A stretch of 38,280 bases of DNA from the NCBI GenBank assembly GCA_049999805.1, contig JBNGIO010006370.1:204657-242936 (forward strand). Direction: 5' to 3'. The position numbers were made by a program, and so were the translations under genes. The DNA is from Folioceros fuciformis. Lineage: Eukaryota. Positions within the stretch are counted from its first letter, which is position 1; the number at the start of each line of letters is the position of its first letter. Shown piece by piece: positions 33,259 to 38,280 of this stretch. The notes beneath the pieces were generated by a model. It saw nothing but the letters and a program-made list of their open reading frames with translations. It made no database searches and was not told the origin of the DNA.

Positions 33259-35644
33259 CAGTCAGACCCCTCTAATTGGGAACAATTGGGAGTAGCAAAA
33301 ATCCTCCCATTTAGAGGGTTCCTGTTTAGGTTTTTTCATCTTTTTTAAAATAAAAATATTTAAAAAAATAAAAAAAATCTTTTTAATCAAAATTTGAAAG
33401 TGCTTAAAAGTTTCCAAAACATCCAAAATGCTCCCTCATACTACATAGCTACCAACTTAATTCTAGTTTGCCAGGTTAATAATCATCAATCCTTGATTGA
33501 AGACGAGTTGCTTTCATCCAATGACTAGCAATATGTTTTACTGAGAATGCAATTTCAAAGCATCAAGAGTGTTATGTGGCATCTCTTCCAAAAACATCTT
33601 TGCTATCCTTATAGCATCATCTAGAGCATCCTTTGTCGTACGCAGTCTTGGCACTATGGTCTCCACTGACGCCGTATCATTCTCCTCACCCTCCTCATTG
33701 ACAGGCGGAGGGATTAATGCTTGCCATATTTCGTCCTCTATAGGAATATACGTAGTCTCCAATCCTTCATCCTCCTCAAAGTTCAGATACTCTTCAGGTG
33801 TCATCGTTGGATATCCAACATTAGCAATTCCTGTCATATCCTCATATGTTAATAATTCTAAGCTTCGCACAGACTGTTGTAGCTCTTCTACCTGCATTTC
33901 CAATGAATTAGAGTGATTTTGAGGATCCGACAATGGATCCTCTGGATTATATGGTGCGCTATTTAGATCCAAAGACTCATGGAACCAAGCATCTTGTGCA
34001 CGCAATTCCGCATCCAAAGTGCTATGCCTCCAATAATTGTGTATGGTATGAGGACTCACAATTGAAGTCCAAGCTTTTACCAGCATAACCACTGCTTGAT
34101 ATACATCGATAGTTGTAGCCGCATTGTCTATGATCTGGTTGCATTGGTACGAAATCATTAACTTGCGATACTGAGCCTTGAAAGAACAGATGATCTCCTG
34201 GTCCAAAGGTTGATATACGCTTGTCACATTGGGTGGAAAGAAAACCACCTTTGTAACTTGCAATTGAGCTGCATTACCAAACCGGTGCCCAGGATAATTA
34301 TCCACTCTAGTCCGCCCTGATGCAACCATCCTCTGGTCAAAATCTAGCAAAAACTTCTCAAACAGCTCTATTGTCATCCATGCCTTTTGGTTTGCAGACT
34401 AGATCATAGTCAAATTCTCCGGATTTTGAACATTCCTGACAGAAAAAGCACGAGGCCTAAGATATCTGTTAATCACAAAAGGTGGCAACTTGCAAGATCC
34501 ATCAACATTTGTTGTCAGTCCAATTGTCAACCGATCCTTAAACTGCTTCTGTCTTGCAATACACATTGTTGCAGGTATCCTATTCGGCGGTGCTCTGAAG
34601 AAAAGACCAGTCTCATCCATATTAAAAACATTTGCAGCTCCATAATCAAGAACTTGAAGTTGCAGGTCTTTAATAGCTGCCTTCACTGCTTCTGTATTGT
34701 CAACCCTCCCCGTCTCTACATGTCCGACAACTGATTTAAAATTATACCTTTTCTTCCAGTGAGCAACCCAACCTTTATGATATGTCATTTTTGGTCTCTC
34801 ATCTTTAGGAATCTTCTCGTGGAATTTGGAAGCCATCTCACGAAGCAAGTCATCTGAAATTGTGGCACCTTGAGCTTGGATTGCAAGAGCCCAAACGTGT
34901 ACTGCGTGGTCAACCTGTGGGCATACGACTGGTCTATCCCTCATTCTTGCCATATTAGTTGTTGGACCAATGGCAGGGTCCAACCATTTGTCTTTGTTTT
35001 TCACAATCCTAGACAATCCACTTTTAGAAGCTGTTGTTGAAAACTTCTTTGTTGTCCATCTAGTCAACTCCTTAAGTGTGCAAGACTGTTCGACATAATA
35101 TTCGCAAACCTCTTTCTTTTGTTACTTTGCTAGGGTAGCATGCTTGCACGGCAGCTTGGGCGGCATTGTTCCTACACGTCAAAGAGAATGGGTAAGGGAC
35201 ACATACAAAATATCTCACAGCAAGACAACAACTTACAACACCATAACACAACTTGTACAATGAAACAACTTATGTACTAGAAACAATGCTTCTGCTCACA
35301 AAGCATAGTATACAGAACTACTACATATATATAGGCTCAATCTCGATGACAATCTCGATGACTGTCTATGTTTTATGTTATAATCGCGATAGCCTTTAAC
35401 TTGACATCATCTCAATAACTCATGATTTAATCTCGATAAGATAATTTTCTCAATTTTTTTTAAAAAATATATATTTTTCCTTTTACAGAGGTGTACTTAC
35501 ATTGAATGTTGGGAAGACATGTTCCCATTTACAAATTAGAGGGGTTTCCCATTTAGCATGTAGCACATTCAAGGGAGTAAACCCGGGCGTTCCATTTAAA
35601 GGGGGTTCCCATTTATAGGGGTCCCAATTAGAGGGGTTGGACTG
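33259..35644 (-). mobile_element. pogo/Tigger-type DNA transposon (Tc1/mariner superfamily), 2386 bp, complete ends
   Basis: TIRs CAGTCAGACCCCTCTAATTGGGA / TCCCAATTAGAGGGGTTGGACTG (21/23), TA on both sides, subterminal CCCATTTA repeats. Confidence 0.95.
33477..35166 (-). pseudogene. pogo/Tigger transposase (CENP-B-type HTH + DDE_1, DD32D) with premature stops
   Basis: ATG at 35166 (MPPKLP..); GWVAHWKKRY, FNMDETGLF, KDRLT, *SANQKAWMT, VDNYPGH, FPPNVTSVYQPLDQ; stops near 35123, 34400, 33539. Confidence 0.92.
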
Positions 35645-36334
35645 TATAAGACACCTCTCTCTTCAACTAGAGAGATCAAGTCAAGTCAAATAGTCTTCGC
35701 GAAAAAAAAAGTCAAGTCAAATAGGTTTTTGTTGTTAATGTAGTTGTTATATATTCCACTAGAGATTCAATTTGCGAGCATGTTGTTATCAACGCCCCCG
35801 GATGGGTAGTGGAGGATTGTGCAAGCGCCAAGTATTCTCCACTACAAGATGGCATATTTTCATCCCCCTTGTTCTTGAGACTCAATTGGTGTTGAGAATG
35901 AACCCCCGTTAGGGTTCATGGTCATATAAACTGACAAGCTGTTAATAATAGTTAATTAGGTTATGAACAGATGTTAATATACACAAGTTTTGTATAAGAC
36001 ATATTGTGTGATTAACTAAAATCATTAGTCTAAGTCTCTATATATTCTCCTGTCATGGTATCAGAGCACTACCAAGGTTGCACGTGATCCTGGATAGTCT
36101 GCCACTAATTTGATCTAACGAGAACAGATGCATGTGGTGACGAGTTTCACAGGTCACAAAACCTAGTGATCATCAAGTTGATGGCCTCTGGGTCTTGTGC
36201 TCAGGAAATCTCTACCACCCGCATGATCACGTTAGATAGAAATTTATACAAACTGGTGGACTCAAATAAAAACCTTCCGCTGTGCTAATCTAGCTGCTGG
36301 TGAGCAGTAGAACATGCGTTCTTAAAGGACAAAG

Positions 36335-36814
36335 ATGACTCGGAGAGGCCGTTCTCGCCTGGAGCGCCCTCCTCCTGCATCTTGCACCCACCACAATTCG
36401 AGGCGTCAGCAAGAATCCACAAGATTTTCCGGAGAATATGATGAAAGTCATCTAGAGCAGGAATTGCGGGAAACTTTCAAGTCTCGTGATACAGATTTAC
36501 CAGAAATCGTTGGAGCTTACAAAGTGCTCAACGATCGGCTGGTTAGCACGGAGACAGCGTTGTTGACCGCCCTATCTCGCCAGAGTGAGATCACCACTGC
36601 CCGTCACGAAGAGGCCCTTGCTGCGATCGATCCTCTCCTGCACAAGCATACAATAGTGATTCATGATTTGCGCACAATCTCAGATTCAGTGGTAGCCCTC
36701 ACCCAGCAGGCATCATCAAATTATGGAGCGCCATCCTCTGCAGCTGCACTGTTGCAGTCGCTGATCCCTGCGCGAGAGAAGCTAAGATCCCAAGGGGCAC
36801 CTCCCGCGCTCTGA
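36335..36814 (+). CDS. Extra sense ORF (159 aa, helical-looking) in the copia 5' leader
   Basis: ATG-initiated ORF between PBS and gag; protein-like composition; no recognisable domain. Confidence 0.35.
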   Translation: MTRRGRSRLERPPPASCTHHNSRRQQESTRFSGEYDESHLEQELRETFKSRDTDLPEIVGAYKVLNDRLVSTETALLTALSRQSEITTARHEEALAAIDPLLHKHTIVIHDLRTISDSVVALTQQASSNYGAPSSAAALLQSLIPAREKLRSQGAPPAL

Positions 36815-37132
36815 AACGGCGCACTTCCTCTGCCAATAGTCTCCTGCGAGAAGGCGCTAAGGACGCAGCTCTACTCGGGTGCGCTTCATGCCTCTCAGCA
36901 GGCGGTTCCTAGCTCCGGGGGTGTCCCTGCACGGGTGACTTCCAGTATTGTCAGGTGGCATCCAACGGGAATCGGTTTTGACGTTTGGAGGCACCTGACC
37001 AGCATCTTACCTCTTCGCAGTTCCTCTTCACTCTTCCGTCTGGCTACTTCCTTAGCATCTCAACCCACTTGTTGAAAAAGATCTTGTGCGGCCTAATCAC
37101 CCGGATCTGATTTTCTTCACAAAGTAGGTTAA

Positions 37133-38280
37133 CATGGCGTTAGAGGTGGTGGCAAAGGAGGCGGAGGGGGAGGAGGAGGAGTTGGAGGAGGAGGGGGAGT
37201 TGGAGGAGTCTCTAATCCTCCTCTCCCACCTGTTCCAATCATCCCACAACCGTCTTACTCCTTTGAATTCAAAGAGCGGGACAGGTTTAATGGCACGAAG
37301 TTCGAAGGTTGGAAGGTGCGCATGACAGCTGCCCTGCAAGCGCGACACGTTTGGGGAGTTGTCATTGGCACGCTTAAACAACCTACTTCCACTGCCACAC
37401 AAGAGGAAAAGGACAAGTGGGAGAACCTGAACGCCATCGCTCGTGCCATCTTGATAAGCGGGCTAGATGAGGCTCTTCTCGCTGATGTCGCTTTTCTCAC
37501 TCAGGCTGATGAGATTTGGAACCTTCTCCTGCATACATATGAGGCTAAGAATATTCTTACCATGTGTGCTGTTCGGGGAGAACTCTTTTCTCTTCGGCTC
37601 AAGGAAGGCGACAAGGTTTCATCCTTCGTCATCCGCTTTCGACAATTGAGATCCCAGCTCACCGGGCTCCCAATTCCCCGAGTTGGATGTTGTAGCCCAG
37701 TTGCTCACCTGTCTACCTGCCAGCTATCAGACATTCGTCTCCAGCTATGGTGCTACCATTCGAGCTGCCGATGCTGCTAGAGCTGCAGGCCAACCCACTA
37801 ACATCAGCCTCACAGATGTTATAGGGGCTTTGTTACAGGAGGAGCAAAGCAGGGCTAACACCAGCTCACATGGCGGTCGTACCAAGACGGATAAAGTTCT
37901 CTTCACACAAGGAAAATCAAATACGAGAACCAAATCAACCTCCGAGGCAGGTTCTTCTAAACCCAGTTCCACAAAGCGTACTGGAGCTTGTAACTGGTGT
38001 GGCATTCAAGGCCACTGGGAACGCGAGTGTAGAAAGAAGAAAGGAGGCGAGCCACGCAAAGCTGAGAAGTCTCGACCGGCTGAAGCTCATGTGGCTACTA
38101 CAAAGGATCGACAGACTTCGTCAACCTCCACAAAACCTCCTGTAGTAATGACAGTTTGCTGTGCATTGACTGCTTCTTCTTTTCCCCACACCTGGTATCT
38201 TGACAGTGGGGCTACCTCTCACATCTGCCATAACGAGTCCTTGTTTAGTCATTACAGGCCTGCTGTAGCCACCAACAAGG
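37133..38280 (+). pseudogene. copia gag-protease with Gly/Pro-rich N-terminus and a frameshift near 37675
   Basis: GGGKGGGG..NPPLPP..RFNGTKFEGWKVRMTAAL, ELFSLRLKEGDKV; then in the shifted frame LLTCLPASYQTFV, CNWCGIQGHWEREC, WYLDSGATSHIC. Confidence 0.9.

Larger units (their letters stand above)
32969..35884. mobile_element. Fold-back/MITE-like element with long inverted arms (32969-33184 and 35723-35884), split by the pogo insertion
   Basis: Arms are reverse complements (TGAGTCTCAAGA.CAAGGGGGATGAAAATAT, CTTGCACAATCCTCC, GTTGATAACAACATGCTC, AACAACTACATTA); the right arm is cut off by an LTR. Confidence 0.8.
35890..38280 (+). mobile_element. Ty1/copia LTR retrotransposon, 5' part (continues past the window)
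   Basis: TGTTGA...TGTCA LTR (~35890-36055; left edge less certain), PBS TGGTATCAGAGC 36056-36067, gag and protease downstream. Confidence 0.9.

Noticed and set aside
37134-37325. Glu-rich 63-aa ORF as a separate acidic protein
   Set aside because: Off-frame reading of the Gly-rich (GGA)n N-terminus of gag.

Overview
Eukaryotic land-plant DNA, probably a non-seed plant (inferred from the PLS-type PPR remnant, TTTAGGG motifs and the TE complement). The window is a decaying minus-strand tandem cluster of L-type lectin receptor kinases (LecRK). It holds one intact intronless 706-aa gene (29791-31911), a copy lacking both the lectin domain and an in-frame 498-bp block of the kinase C-lobe (2980-3833), and a 5'-only copy (~567-1151). 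About 24 kb of nested transposons lie between the copies. The outermost element is a Sola-like (DUF7869-type) DNA transposon. Its transposase frame can be rejoined across an intron and across a 12.3-kb Ty1/copia insertion (217-bp LTRs, CGGAC TSD). It appears to carry a second, divergently transcribed gene with remnants of a prokaryote-like N4/N6 DNA-methyltransferase fold, and both genes contain arrays of the same 22-26 bp palindrome. A 1.72-kb non-autonomous derivative of this family (24-bp TIRs) has captured an LRR-receptor-kinase fragment (a Pack-type element). Also present: two more copia elements (one with an antisense AT-hook-like ORF in its 3' region, one with an extra ORF before gag), two orphan LTRs, a complete-ended DD32D pogo/Tigger transposon sitting inside a fold-back element, PPR and BRAP2-like gene remnants, and many minisatellites. 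Three N gaps (3729-3738, 12727-12826, 28778-28787) limit certainty about contiguity. All family assignments come from motif recognition by eye, not database searches.
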